From assembly GCA_964584315.1 (NCBI GenBank), contig CAZOZO010000001.1:84225-148224 (forward strand): a DNA stretch of 64,000 nt, given 5' to 3'. The translations under genes and the position numbers were made by a program. Shown piece after piece: positions 9,159 through 18,800 of the stretch; position 1 is the first letter of the stretch, and every line of letters begins with the position of its first letter. The notes below the pieces were generated by a model. That model had not been told where the DNA came from, searched no databases, and saw only the letters and a list, made by a program, of their open reading frames with translations. This DNA is from an uncultured Oscillospiraceae bacterium (lineage in GTDB: Bacteria > Bacillota > Clostridia > Christensenellales > Aristaeellaceae).

Positions 9159-10093
9159 ATCGTAACCTCATCCAGCGGTTTGCCCGCTTCAATCAAATGG
9201 CCGCGCATGTATGCGCGCGCCTCCAGGCGTTTGGCGTTTGGGGCTTGCACCTGCAAAAGCTCCAGCGCGCCGTCGAGTGTGGATATCACCAGCCCGTGCT
9301 TCTGATCCGCGTGGAGCACGAGGCCGGGCCTGTCCGCTTTGGCGGGGTGTTCCGCCGCCTGCCATACCTTGAGCGCGCCGTTGGCAGCCTGCGCATAGGC
9401 GCAGGGCCATGGATCCATCGCACGCACGCGCAGCAGGCACTGCCGGGTGGTCTCGGCAAAGTGGAGCTCGCCCATTTCCTTGGTCAGCTTGGGGTCGTAG
9501 GTCATGGCGGTCTCGTCCTGCTTTTCGCGGGGGCAATCGCCCGCGGCAAGGCGCCGGATGGTTTCCAGCAACAGGTTTGCCCCCAGATCGGCTAGCCGCG
9601 CGGTGAGGGTGCCCGCCGTATCGGCCTCGGTGATAGGTGTCGAGGCGCGCAGCAACATGTCGCCCGTGTCGATGCCCTTGTCTGTCAGCATGGTGGTAAC
9701 GCCCGTGACTGTATCGCCGGTCAGGATGGCCCACTGGATGGGCGCGGAGCCACGGTGGCGCGGCAGCAGCGAGGCGTGCACGTTCACGGTGCCCATCTTG
9801 GGCACGTCGAGCACTTCCTGGCTCAATATCTGCCCGAAAGCCGCGGTCACGCACAGGTCGGGCGCGAGCGAGATCAAGTCTTCAAGGCCATCCTTGCGGA
9901 TCTTGAGCGGCTGATATACAGGGATGCCTTGCGCAAGCGCAAGCTCTTTGACGGGGCTCATCTGCACCTTGCCGCCACGCCCCTTGGGGCGATCCGGCTG
10001 GGTGAACACGCCTGCGACCTCATACCCGGCCTCGAACAGCGCTCGAAGCGAGGGGACGGCAAAGTCCGGCGTGCCCATGAAAACGATCCTCAA
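9155..10093 (-). CDS. fmt: methionyl-tRNA formyltransferase
   Basis: 312 aa, MRIVFMGTPDFAVPSLRAL...; formyl-transferase N and C domains. 4-nt overlaps with def upstream and rsmB downstream. Confidence 0.9.
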   Translation of the reverse strand: MRIVFMGTPDFAVPSLRALFEAGYEVAGVFTQPDRPKGRGGKVQMSPVKELALAQGIPVYQPLKIRKDGLEDLISLAPDLCVTAAFGQILSQEVLDVPKMGTVNVHASLLPRHRGSAPIQWAILTGDTVTGVTTMLTDKGIDTGDMLLRASTPITEADTAGTLTARLADLGANLLLETIRRLAAGDCPREKQDETAMTYDPKLTKEMGELHFAETTRQCLLRVRAMDPWPCAYAQAANGALKVWQAAEHPAKADRPGLVLHADQKHGLVISTLDGALELLQVQAPNAKRLEARAYMRGHLIEAGKPLDEVTI

Positions 10094-10620
10094 AGGCAGG
10101 CCTCCTCTTCGGGCCTGGCTTCCGGCCCGGCGTCAGGCTCCTCCGCGCCGTCATCCGCCTGTTCATCCTCCTGGAATATCTCGTGCTCCATGATATCCAG
10201 GTACAGCACGCCGTCCAGGTGGTCGATCTCATGGCACAGCGCGCGGGCCAGAAAGCCCTCGCCGACCACTTCGATCGGGTCGCCCTTGGCATTCTGCGCC
10301 TTGACGACCACTACCATTGGGCGCTTGACAACGCCCGCGCGACCGGGCACGCTCAGGCAGCCCTCGGGGCCTTCCTGCTCGCCCTCGGCGCTGACGATGA
10401 CCGGGTTCACCAGCTCGTAAAGCTGGTCGCCCACGTCCACGACGCATACGCGCTTGAGGATGCCCACCTGCGGGGCGGCTAGCCCCGCACCGTCATTTTT
10501 GTACATGGTCTCGGACATGTCCTTGAGCAGCATCTTGAGGCGAAGGTCAAACTTCTCCACCGGTTTGCAATGTTTACGGAGCTTCTCGTCTCCGACTTCG
10601 ACGATCGTACGGGTCGCCAT
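10090..10620 (-). CDS. def: peptide deformylase
   Basis: Motifs GLAAPQVG, EGCLS, HEIDHLDG. Start set at ATG 10620 (RBS AGGAG 8 nt upstream) rather than the in-frame GTG at 10629 used by the ORF track. Confidence 0.88.
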   Translation of the reverse strand: MATRTIVEVGDEKLRKHCKPVEKFDLRLKMLLKDMSETMYKNDGAGLAAPQVGILKRVCVVDVGDQLYELVNPVIVSAEGEQEGPEGCLSVPGRAGVVKRPMVVVVKAQNAKGDPIEVVGEGFLARALCHEIDHLDGVLYLDIMEHEIFQEDEQADDGAEEPDAGPEARPEEEACL

Positions 10621-10646
10621 GTGTTTCACTCCTTGCGTAGGTTCAA

Positions 10647-12887
10647 TTATAACAGGGTGGCGGGGTTTACCTCCGCGTAGATCTGGCAGCCCGGGTCGCT
10701 CACCTGCGCAAGCTCGCCCAGCAGCGCCAAAACGGGTTGCGCGTCGATGTGTTCAAACAACTTGAGCAGTACGTGGTAGCGGTACTTGCCCCGGATGCGG
10801 GCCACGGGGGCCGCGTCGCCGCGCAGCATCAGCACGCGGCGCTTTTGCGCGGGGTGCGCCGCAAGGTAGCTCTCGAGCGTGCCGAGCAGACGGTCGTTCA
10901 TCTCCTGCGCGGCGGGTTCGCTATCGCTTTCCACCAGCAGGCGGGCGATCATCGTAAAGGGGGGGTAGAGCCCCACGCGTCTGCGGTCGAACTCCTGCGT
11001 GAAAAACGAGCGGTAGTCCTGCGCGGCGGCGGCTACGATCACGGGATGCTCCGGCTGATAGGTCTGCACCACGACTTCGCCTGTCTCGCCCGCGCGACCC
11101 GCACGGCCAGCCACCTGCGTGACCAGCTGGAAGGTGCGCTCCTGCGCGCGGTAGTCCGGCAAGTTCAGGGTCGAATCGGCCGCGACCACGCCCACCAGCG
11201 TTACATTGGGGAAATCCAGCCCTTTGGCGATCATCTGCGTACCGATGAGCGCCTGCGCCTTGCCCTCGCGAAAAGCGGTGAGCAGCCGGTAATGCGCGTC
11301 GCGTTTCTGCGTGGTGTCGATATCCATGCGGATGGTCGCCACACCCGGGTACAGGCGGTGGAGCTCCTCCTCTACCTTTTGGGTGCCCGCGCCAAAGTAA
11401 CGGATGTAGCTGCTGCCGCAGGCGGGGCAGGTCTTGGGCGGCGCCTGCGCCGTGCCGCAGAAGTGGCAACGCAGCTCGGCGGTATCCTCCCCGCCCGGCT
11501 GGTGCAGCGTCATGCTCACGTCGCACTTGTCGCACTTGACCACATAGCCGCAGCTGCGGCAGCTTACAAAGGTGTTGTAGCCGCGGCGGTTCAAAAACAG
11601 CATGGCCTGCTGCCCTCGCCCAAAGCAGGCGGCCAGCCGCTGCTGCAAATGCTGGCTGAAGATGGAGCGGTTGCCCGAGGCGAGCTCGCGGCGCATATCC
11701 ACGACGGTCACCTCCGGCAGGGGGCGGCCGTTCACGCGCGTGGGCATCTCCACAAGCGTATAATCACCACGCTTTGCCATAGCGAAACTCAAAATGCTGG
11801 GCGTGGCGCTACTCAGAAGCAGTGTGGCCCCCTCGCGGGCACAGCGGGCCATGGCTACGCGGCGCGCATCGTAGCGGGGGTGGCGGTCGCTCAGGTAGGT
11901 CTGCTCGTGCTCCTCGTCGATCACGATCAAGCCCAGGTTCTCAATCGGCGCAAACACCGCCGAGCGCGCGCCCACCACCACGCGGGCATCGCCCAGGCGG
12001 ATGCGTCGCCACTCATCGCAGCGTTCGCCGTCGGTCAACCGGCTGTGCAGTACGGCGGTGCGGGGGCCGAACCGCTCGCGAAACCACCCGACCATCTGTG
12101 GCGTGAGGGCGATCTCCGGCACGAGGATGATGGCTGCCTTGCCCATTTCCAGCGCGCGTTTGGCCAGTGCGAGGTACACCTCGGTCTTGCCGCTGCCTGT
12201 GACCCCATGCAGGAGAAACGAGCCCTTGCTGGCCTCCAGTGCGGGCAGCATGATTTGGAGGGCGGCGCGCTGTTCGGCGGTAGGTTCCGGCGCAGCGCTT
12301 GTCTCGGCGACCATATCGCCATAGGGCAGGCGAAAGACCACGCGCGTAGTCAGCCGCACAAGGCCAGCCTCCGCAAGCTTCTTGAGCGCGTCCTGCGGCG
12401 CGGCGACCAGCGCCGCAAGCTCGGCCACAGGGTGCGGTTCACCGTCGGCCAGCATCCGCAGCAGTGTGGCGCGCTTGGGCGCGCGTGTCTGCGTGGTAGC
12501 GGCGGCCAGCGCGTCGATGCTTTCGCATAGCTGTGCGACTGGCTCCTGCTTTGCCTGCACACGACCCGTGCGCATGGCGGCGGGCAGCATGAGGCGCAGG
12601 GTTTCGGCCAGCGGGCAGTGGTTCTCGGTGGCCAGCTCCCGCGCCAGCGCCATCAGCGGCGGCAGCACGGCGGCATAGCTGTCCAGCGTGCGGGTGATGG
12701 CTTTCAGGCGCTCGGGCGGCACGTCGCTGGTATCCGTCAGTTCGGCCACAACGCCGTCCACCTGCCGCCGCCCAAGCGGCACACTTACCCGAGTCCCCAC
12801 CGAAACGGCCATGCCGGGCGGTATCAGGTAGGAGAAAGGCTTTGCGACGTTCTCGTGCACCACGTCGACCACGACCTGCGCGATCAA
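10647..12887 (-). CDS. priA: primosomal protein N' (replication restart helicase PriA)
   Basis: 746 aa: N-terminal 3'-DNA-binding domain, DEAD/DEAH helicase core (GVTGSGKTEVY, DEEH), Cys-rich Zn finger (CRSCGYVVKCDKCD...CHFCG), C-terminal domain. Confidence 0.9.
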   Translation of the reverse strand: MIAQVVVDVVHENVAKPFSYLIPPGMAVSVGTRVSVPLGRRQVDGVVAELTDTSDVPPERLKAITRTLDSYAAVLPPLMALARELATENHCPLAETLRLMLPAAMRTGRVQAKQEPVAQLCESIDALAAATTQTRAPKRATLLRMLADGEPHPVAELAALVAAPQDALKKLAEAGLVRLTTRVVFRLPYGDMVAETSAAPEPTAEQRAALQIMLPALEASKGSFLLHGVTGSGKTEVYLALAKRALEMGKAAIILVPEIALTPQMVGWFRERFGPRTAVLHSRLTDGERCDEWRRIRLGDARVVVGARSAVFAPIENLGLIVIDEEHEQTYLSDRHPRYDARRVAMARCAREGATLLLSSATPSILSFAMAKRGDYTLVEMPTRVNGRPLPEVTVVDMRRELASGNRSIFSQHLQQRLAACFGRGQQAMLFLNRRGYNTFVSCRSCGYVVKCDKCDVSMTLHQPGGEDTAELRCHFCGTAQAPPKTCPACGSSYIRYFGAGTQKVEEELHRLYPGVATIRMDIDTTQKRDAHYRLLTAFREGKAQALIGTQMIAKGLDFPNVTLVGVVAADSTLNLPDYRAQERTFQLVTQVAGRAGRAGETGEVVVQTYQPEHPVIVAAAAQDYRSFFTQEFDRRRVGLYPPFTMIARLLVESDSEPAAQEMNDRLLGTLESYLAAHPAQKRRVLMLRGDAAPVARIRGKYRYHVLLKLFEHIDAQPVLALLGELAQVSDPGCQIYAEVNPATLL

Positions 12888-12914
12888 GCACTCCCTCCTT
12901 TACGATGTAGCGGC

Positions 12915-14441
12915 TCAGCGGAAATAGCGGTTGCCCGGCCTGGGTACGCGGCTCTTCTTGCCGCCGCGCCCGCCGCCGCGGTGGAACAGCCGCATCAGCA
13001 GCCGCACCAGCACGTACAGCGCCGCAAGCGGGCCAAGGATCAGGCCCAGCAGCTCCGGCGACAGGGGCGGGAAGGGGTTGGGATCGGCGTAGGTGGCGGC
13101 CTCGATCTCCTCAATGGAGAGCGGGGCATTTTCACGCCGCGCGATGGAGCGGGAGGCCACCAGCTCATAGACGATGGCACTGCCGCCGTCGGACGGGTAG
13201 TACGTCATGGTGCCGAACACCTCGCCCTGCGTGACGGGTGTGGCAAAGTTCTGGCGGGAATATTCGATCAGCACTGCTTGCTTGAGGTTGCGGGCCAGTG
13301 ACTCCACCTCGGTCTTGGTGGCCACGACGCTCACGGTGCGCGTGTCCGGCATGGGCTGGATGTCCAGCTGCAGGCGGCCGATATCCTCGTCGTCCATGGA
13401 GTAGCCGGTGGTCTCGACCACGGTGGGGTTCATCTGGTAAAGGTCTACCGGCGTCACGCTCACAAACTGCGAGAAGCCGTATTCCATCAGCTTTTTGGAG
13501 TCCATCCAGCGGCCGTTGCGCGAGGTGTAGAACACCACCGAGATCAGGCTTACGCCGTCCTTCTCCGCGGCACCCACATAACAGTAGCCCGCGCGGGCAT
13601 GGTAGCCGGTCTTGATACCGGTGGCCATCGGGTAGTAGTAGGTGTTCTCCTCATTGGGGTTCAGCCAGTTGTCGCTGTTGCCCATGATAACGCGCGACCG
13701 CTGCAAATTACTGCGCGGCAGCTTGTAGGAAAAGGTTTTGACGATGTTGCGGAACGTCTCGTTCTGCATGGCGGCGCGGGCGATTTTGGCCATATCGCGC
13801 GCGGTGGTGTAGTGCGTGTCGTCGTGCAGGCCGTTGGCATTGGCGAAGTGCGTGTTGGTGCAGCCGAGGGTTTGGGCGGTCTGGTTCATCAGATCCACAA
13901 ACGCGCCGATGCTGCCGGAGATGGTCTCCGCGATCAGGTTGGCGCCCTCGTTGCCGGAGCGCACCATCGTCGCATACAGAAGATCCTGAAAGTTGATGGT
14001 CTCGCCCACCGAGAGGGGGATGGTGGAGCTGTCGCTGGGGATGTTTGCGGCCACGCTGTCCATGGTGACGGTCGCAGTCATGTCGCCCAGCTGAAGGCCC
14101 AGCATCGTGGTCATGATCTTGGTGGTCGAGGCGGGAAACATCATCTCGTCCGCGTTCTTTTCGAAGATCACCTCACCGGTGGTGGCCTCGATCAAAATGG
14201 CGGACTTGGCGTATAGCTGATCTGCTACAAGCACGTCGGGCTTGGCGGGGTCGTATTCCGGCGCGTCGGAGGGGAGCTGCGGGGCGATGTATTTGATCTC
14301 CGGCTCGGCGTTTACATCCTCGGCGTGCGCGGCGGGCGGCGCGGGGATCAGCGCCAAAAGCACGATGGCGGCGGCGAAAGCGGCCAGCCAGCGCACAGAA
14401 GCCTTCCTCAAACCGCCACCTCCCAGTCGAAGTTGTTTCAC
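12915..14441 (-). CDS. serine-type D-alanyl-D-alanine carboxypeptidase (PBP5/DacB-like) with C-terminal membrane anchor
   Basis: 508 aa, signal peptide, SxxK (ASTTKIMT), SGN (SGNEGA) and KTG motifs; hydrophobic C-terminal tail. Confidence 0.82.
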   Translation of the reverse strand: MKQLRLGGGGLRKASVRWLAAFAAAIVLLALIPAPPAAHAEDVNAEPEIKYIAPQLPSDAPEYDPAKPDVLVADQLYAKSAILIEATTGEVIFEKNADEMMFPASTTKIMTTMLGLQLGDMTATVTMDSVAANIPSDSSTIPLSVGETINFQDLLYATMVRSGNEGANLIAETISGSIGAFVDLMNQTAQTLGCTNTHFANANGLHDDTHYTTARDMAKIARAAMQNETFRNIVKTFSYKLPRSNLQRSRVIMGNSDNWLNPNEENTYYYPMATGIKTGYHARAGYCYVGAAEKDGVSLISVVFYTSRNGRWMDSKKLMEYGFSQFVSVTPVDLYQMNPTVVETTGYSMDDEDIGRLQLDIQPMPDTRTVSVVATKTEVESLARNLKQAVLIEYSRQNFATPVTQGEVFGTMTYYPSDGGSAIVYELVASRSIARRENAPLSIEEIEAATYADPNPFPPLSPELLGLILGPLAALYVLVRLLMRLFHRGGGRGGKKSRVPRPGNRYFR

Positions 14442-14496
14442 AACTGTTTATTATAGCGCGCGCGGCGGATTTTGTCCAATCCGCCGCGCATGGTGT

Positions 14497-15890
14497 TTAT
14501 GGCCTGGTGAGCGTCAGGTTTCGCACCCAGGTTCCCTTGCGCAGCACGCGCAGGGCCAGCACGATCTTCGCGTTCATGAGCGTTTGCACGATCAGCACCG
14601 CCAGCAGCATGGAGATTTTGCCGGGCATTAGCAGCGCCATCAGGATGCAGACCGGCACGGGCACGGCCCACATGAAGCCGCTGTCCAGCAGCGAGGCGTT
14701 GCGCGTGTCGCCGCCCGCTCGAAGAACGAAGAAGCAGAACGCATACAGGAAGTTGACGGGCGCAAACAGCGCCATCACACAGCTGATGCGGGTGGCCAAC
14801 CCTTTCATGTCGACGCTCAGGTTGTAGAGGTTGGGCAGGATCAGCGCCAGAATGCAGCAAAGCGCCATACTCACCAGCCCGATGATAAATGTGAGCGTGA
14901 ACAACTTTTTACAATGGTCACGCGCCTTGTCCAGCTCGCCCGCGCCCAGCGCCGTGCCAATCAGCACCGATATGGCGGAAGAGCTGCCCATGATGATGAC
15001 CGAGGATACCTGCATGCACAGCTCCGCGATGGCCAGCGCGGGCAAGGCCGATTCATCCAACCGCGCATAGCACCAGAAGAAGATGTTCAGGCCGAAGCTG
15101 TACAAAAGCTCGTTAATGATCAGCGGCATCGCCTTGCCTGCGAGCTGTTTGCGCACGCTGCGGTCCAGCCGCAGGCACGCGCCGGGTTCGAAGCTGAAGT
15201 ACATGCGGCCCCGGAGCATCAGCACGACATAGAAGCTCATCTCAAACAGGCGCGCGATCAGCGTTCCGTAGGCCGCGCCCGCAACACCCAGGCGGGGCAT
15301 GCCAAAGTTGCCAAAGATGAGCGCATAATTGCACAGCGCGTTCACGCCCATGCTGGCGAGGCTCACCATCATGCTGGCGCGGTTTTGCCCCAGCGAGCGC
15401 AGCGAGAACACGCACGCGCTGCTGATGGCCGCCGGAAAGTAGCTGAAGCTGATCACGCGCATGTAGCTCACGCCAAGCGCGATGGTCTGTGGGTCGGTCA
15501 CGTAGATGCGCATGATGGCTTCCGGCACGCCAAAGAGGAGAGCGAAAAACACCGCTGCGTTGAGCACCGCCAGCGCCATCTGCGTCCAAAAAATGCCCAT
15601 GCATGACTTGCGGTCGCGCGCGCCATAATACTGGCTGATGAGTAGGCCGCCAGCGCCCGCCAGACCGAAGATAAAGCCGTTGAAGATCATCACCGGCCGA
15701 TTGGCGACGGTCACGGCGCTCATGGCGAGGCCCTGCACATCCAGCGCCCCCACCATCAGGTTGTCGATAACGTTGAACAGGTTGTTAACAAGCTGCTGCA
15801 CCGTCACGGGCAGCATGACGGCCAACGCCCCCTTGTAATAGCTCTTTGTGCCGAGGTAGGGGCCGATGGCCGTTCGCAGGCGCTGCATGG
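14497..15890 (-). CDS. MATE family efflux transporter
   Basis: 12-TM protein with MatE hallmarks (PVTVQQLVNNLFNVIDNLMVG...). The ORF track extends to 15978, but ATG at 15888-15890 has RBS GAGGGGA 6 nt upstream and gives a typical MATE N-terminus (MQRLRTAIGPYL). Confidence 0.8.
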
Positions 15891-16003
15891 GTGATCCCCT
15901 CTTTTCTGTTTCGGATGGCCGCGATTGCGTGCAAAAATTGCGGATATCCATCATACCGTATCTGGGAGCGGTTGGCAACCGTTTTTGCTGGATACAATGG
16001 CTT

Positions 16004-16096
16004 GCGAGTATGCCGCAGGCAAGCGGGGGCGGGCGAAAGATGAGCAGACATGCCTGCCAGGGGCGGCTGCCCGGCGCCTCAAGGGGTGGCGCTTTT
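16004..16096 (+). ncRNA. ffs: candidate small SRP RNA (ffs / 4.5S-like) or other sRNA immediately upstream of dnaX
   Basis: Sigma70-like promoter (TTGGCA 15971-15976, TACAAT 15992-15997, 15-nt spacer), then ~90 nt that fold as a long imperfect helix (GCCGCAGGCA...TGCCTGCC...GGCGGC) with apical GAAA tetraloop and AGCAG motif, ending in a GC hairpin plus TTTT (16073-16096). ffs-dnaX adjacency is conserved in Firmicutes. Sequence match to the SRP domain IV consensus is only partial. Confidence 0.25.
16073..16096 (+). terminator. short GC hairpin + T4 (ggcgcc-tcaaggggt-ggcgc-tttt)
   Basis: Perfect 5-6 bp GC stem followed by TTTT, ~60 nt upstream of the dnaX start. Would partially terminate a small upstream transcript. 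Confidence 0.4.
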
Positions 16097-16156
16097 AAGG
16101 ATTATGTTGTACAATAAGGCATCAGCGGCCCCTCATGCGGGCGGACGGAGGGCATC

Positions 16157-17803
16157 ATGGCATATCAGGCGCTTTACCGGCAATGGCGACCGGCCAGCTT
16201 TGCGCAGGTGATCGGGCAGGAGGCGGTCGTCTCGACCCTGCGCAGGCAGGTGGAGACGGGGCGCATCGCACACGCCTACCTGTTTTGCGGTTGCCGCGGC
16301 ACGGGCAAAACGACCATCGCCAAGATCATGAGCCGCGCCGTTAATTGCAAAAACCCGAACCATGGCGACCCCTGCGGCGTGTGCGACCCTTGCCGCGCCA
16401 TATTGGCGGAAAGCACGCTGGATGTGCTGGAGCTGGACGCGGCAAGCAACAACAGCGTCGATAACGTGCGCGACCTGCTCGAGCAGGTGCGCTACCCCGC
16501 GCAGGTTGGCAAGTACAAGGTTTATATTATCGACGAGGTGCACATGCTGTCCTCGGCGGCTTTCAACGCACTGCTCAAAACGCTGGAGGAGCCGCCCGCG
16601 CATGTGGTGTTCATATTAGCGACCACCGAACCGCAAAAGATACCCGCGACCATTTTGAGTCGCGTGCAGCGGTTCGATTTCGGGCGTATCCCCGCGCCGC
16701 TGATTATCACCCGCATGGAAGAGGCGCTGGCGGGGATGCAGGCAAGCGCGGAGCCGGAAGCGCTGCAGATGGTGGCGCGTGCGGCGGAGGGCGCGATGCG
16801 CGACGCGTTCAGCATTTTGGACATGTGCGTGAGCGCCGCGCCGCAGGGCGTGGTGACTGCCGCCATCGCCCGCGAGGTGCTGGGCGCGAGCGACCGTGAG
16901 TTTCTGTTCCAGTTCAGCGAACGGCTGGCCGAGGGCGACGCGTCGGGCGTGCTGCGCGGCGTGGATACGCTGATGCGCGCGGGCCGAGAGCCGCAAGTCT
17001 TTTTAAAGGAAATGACCCGCCATATCCGTGCGCTTCTGACTGTGAAAGCCGTGACCGAGGACGCCGCAACCATCCTTGAGGTGACCGACGAGGACGAGCG
17101 TCGCTACCGCGCGCAGGCGGAACAATTTACAGCGGAGCGGCTGCTGCGCGTGATGGATGGGCTGATGCGCGCCGAAAGCGAGCTGCGCTACGCCGGCGCG
17201 CCGCGCGTGGGGCTGGAGGTGGCGATGCTCAAGGCCTGCGAGGGCCAAAAGGGCGAGGATACCTCCGCGCTGCTGGAGCGCCTCGCAGAACTGGAGGCGA
17301 GGCTCATCACCCTGACCGCCGCACTGGACAGCGGCAGGTACGCCACTGCGGATGCGCCGCGTCGCAAAGCGGAGACGTCCGTGACGGAGGGAAAGGCGGA
17401 TGCGCCCGCCGCGCCGAAGGCGCAGCCTAAAGCGCCGCCCACGGGCGAGCAGGAAATTTGGTCGCAGGCGCTTGCGCTGCTGGCCAAGACAGAGCCGCCG
17501 CTTTTTGGACTGATTAAGAAGGAACGCTTCATTGGCGCGAAGGGTAGCGTGTATCAGGTGTCGGTGGGCTTCGAACGCAAAGAGTTTTCATTGGCATACC
17601 TGAACAGACAAACCAGCCGCGACAGCGTTGGCAAAGCCTTGACTGAGGTAGCGTGCAAACCCCTCTCCTTTGAAGCCGTGCTGGACGGCGATGGCGGGCA
17701 GGGGAAGGAGAGCGACCTGCGGGATGAAAACATCCGCACGCTGGCGGATACCGTGGGGCGCGACCTGTTGCAGGTGGATGAGGGCGAAGCGGACAAACCG
17801 TGA
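16157..17803 (+). CDS. dnaX: DNA polymerase III subunit gamma/tau
   Basis: 548 aa, Walker A (GCRGTGKTT), Zn module (CKNPNHGDPCGVCDPC), DEVHML, SRC motif (ATTEPQKIP). RBS GGAGGG upstream of ATG. Confidence 0.92.
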   Translation: MAYQALYRQWRPASFAQVIGQEAVVSTLRRQVETGRIAHAYLFCGCRGTGKTTIAKIMSRAVNCKNPNHGDPCGVCDPCRAILAESTLDVLELDAASNNSVDNVRDLLEQVRYPAQVGKYKVYIIDEVHMLSSAAFNALLKTLEEPPAHVVFILATTEPQKIPATILSRVQRFDFGRIPAPLIITRMEEALAGMQASAEPEALQMVARAAEGAMRDAFSILDMCVSAAPQGVVTAAIAREVLGASDREFLFQFSERLAEGDASGVLRGVDTLMRAGREPQVFLKEMTRHIRALLTVKAVTEDAATILEVTDEDERRYRAQAEQFTAERLLRVMDGLMRAESELRYAGAPRVGLEVAMLKACEGQKGEDTSALLERLAELEARLITLTAALDSGRYATADAPRRKAETSVTEGKADAPAAPKAQPKAPPTGEQEIWSQALALLAKTEPPLFGLIKKERFIGAKGSVYQVSVGFERKEFSLAYLNRQTSRDSVGKALTEVACKPLSFEAVLDGDGGQGKESDLRDENIRTLADTVGRDLLQVDEGEADKP

Positions 17804-17933
17804 CGCACGGAGTATCCTTGACTATACGGGCACCGGCAAGCTGCGGGTGTCGCGCTCAAAGGGACGGCAGCACGTTTTGACCAAATGGTTGCAATCAGAA
17901 CAGACATAACGCGTGGCGCGCCGCAGGCCGCCC

Positions 17934-18800
17934 ATGCAGGCGGAGGGTACCGTGAAACAGTCTTACTTGCAAGGGGAGCGCAGGCGCGAGGATGGGGTGC
18001 GCTACAAGCACGACCTGGGGCAGCACTTCCTGTATGATACGGCGCTGCTGCGCTCGCTGGTGCAGCGCGCAGGCGTGACCAAGGCAGACAGGGTGCTGGA
18101 GATTGGGCCTGGGGCGGGTACGCTGACCGTGTGCCTATGCGAGACGGCAGAGCGGGTGCTGGCCGTGGAGGTGGATGAGACCGTCATCCCCTTTTTGCGT
18201 GTGGCGACCGAGGGCTTCGGCAATGTGGATATCGTGCAGGGAGACATACGCAGGCTTGATCTGCACCGCATTGCGGATACGTTGGGCGAGGGCTTTCTGG
18301 TAGTGGCGAACATCCCCTACAACATCACCACGCCCATCTTCGACCTGTTTTGGGGCAGCGGCCTGCCTGTGCGGCAGATGAGCGTGATGGTGCAAAAGGA
18401 AGTGGCGCAGAAGCTGGTAGCTATGCCCGGCGACGATGCCTACGGCCTGACGAGTCTTCGCTGCCGCTACTATACGGAACCGGAGATCGTGGAATACGCG
18501 CCCGCCGAGGCGTTCACCCCACCCCCGAAGGTGGACAGCGCCTTCGTGAACCTGCCCTTCCGCAAGGCACCGATCGCGCCCGTGAGCGATGAGGCTTTGC
18601 TGTGGCGAATCGTGCGTGCCGGGTTTGGCCAGCGGCGCAAAACACTGCTTAACGCGCTTAAAGGTGTGGGGGGCGTATTGCCGGACAAGGCCCGCACGGC
18701 TTTGGAGGCACTGGGCCTTTCGCAAACGGTGCGCGGCGAGGCGTTGGCGCTGACGCAATGGATCGCGCTGGCCAACGCGTTGGCAGATGCGGGGGAATAA
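17934..18800 (+). CDS. rsmA: 16S rRNA (adenine1518/1519-N6)-dimethyltransferase RsmA/KsgA
   Basis: HDLGQHFL motif, SAM-binding VLEIGPGAGTLT, NIPYNITTP. The ORF track begins at GTG 17913. ATG 17934 places the GQHFL motif ~26 aa from the N-terminus, as in characterised KsgA. Start uncertain by +/- 20 nt. Confidence 0.85.
   Translation: MQAEGTVKQSYLQGERRREDGVRYKHDLGQHFLYDTALLRSLVQRAGVTKADRVLEIGPGAGTLTVCLCETAERVLAVEVDETVIPFLRVATEGFGNVDIVQGDIRRLDLHRIADTLGEGFLVVANIPYNITTPIFDLFWGSGLPVRQMSVMVQKEVAQKLVAMPGDDAYGLTSLRCRYYTEPEIVEYAPAEAFTPPPKVDSAFVNLPFRKAPIAPVSDEALLWRIVRAGFGQRRKTLLNALKGVGGVLPDKARTALEALGLSQTVRGEALALTQWIALANALADAGE

Noticed and set aside
16157-17803. Programmed ribosomal frameshift site in dnaX (gamma/tau)
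   Set aside because: The A AAA AAG slippery heptamer with a downstream hairpin that produces gamma in E. coli was not seen. Most Firmicutes make only tau.
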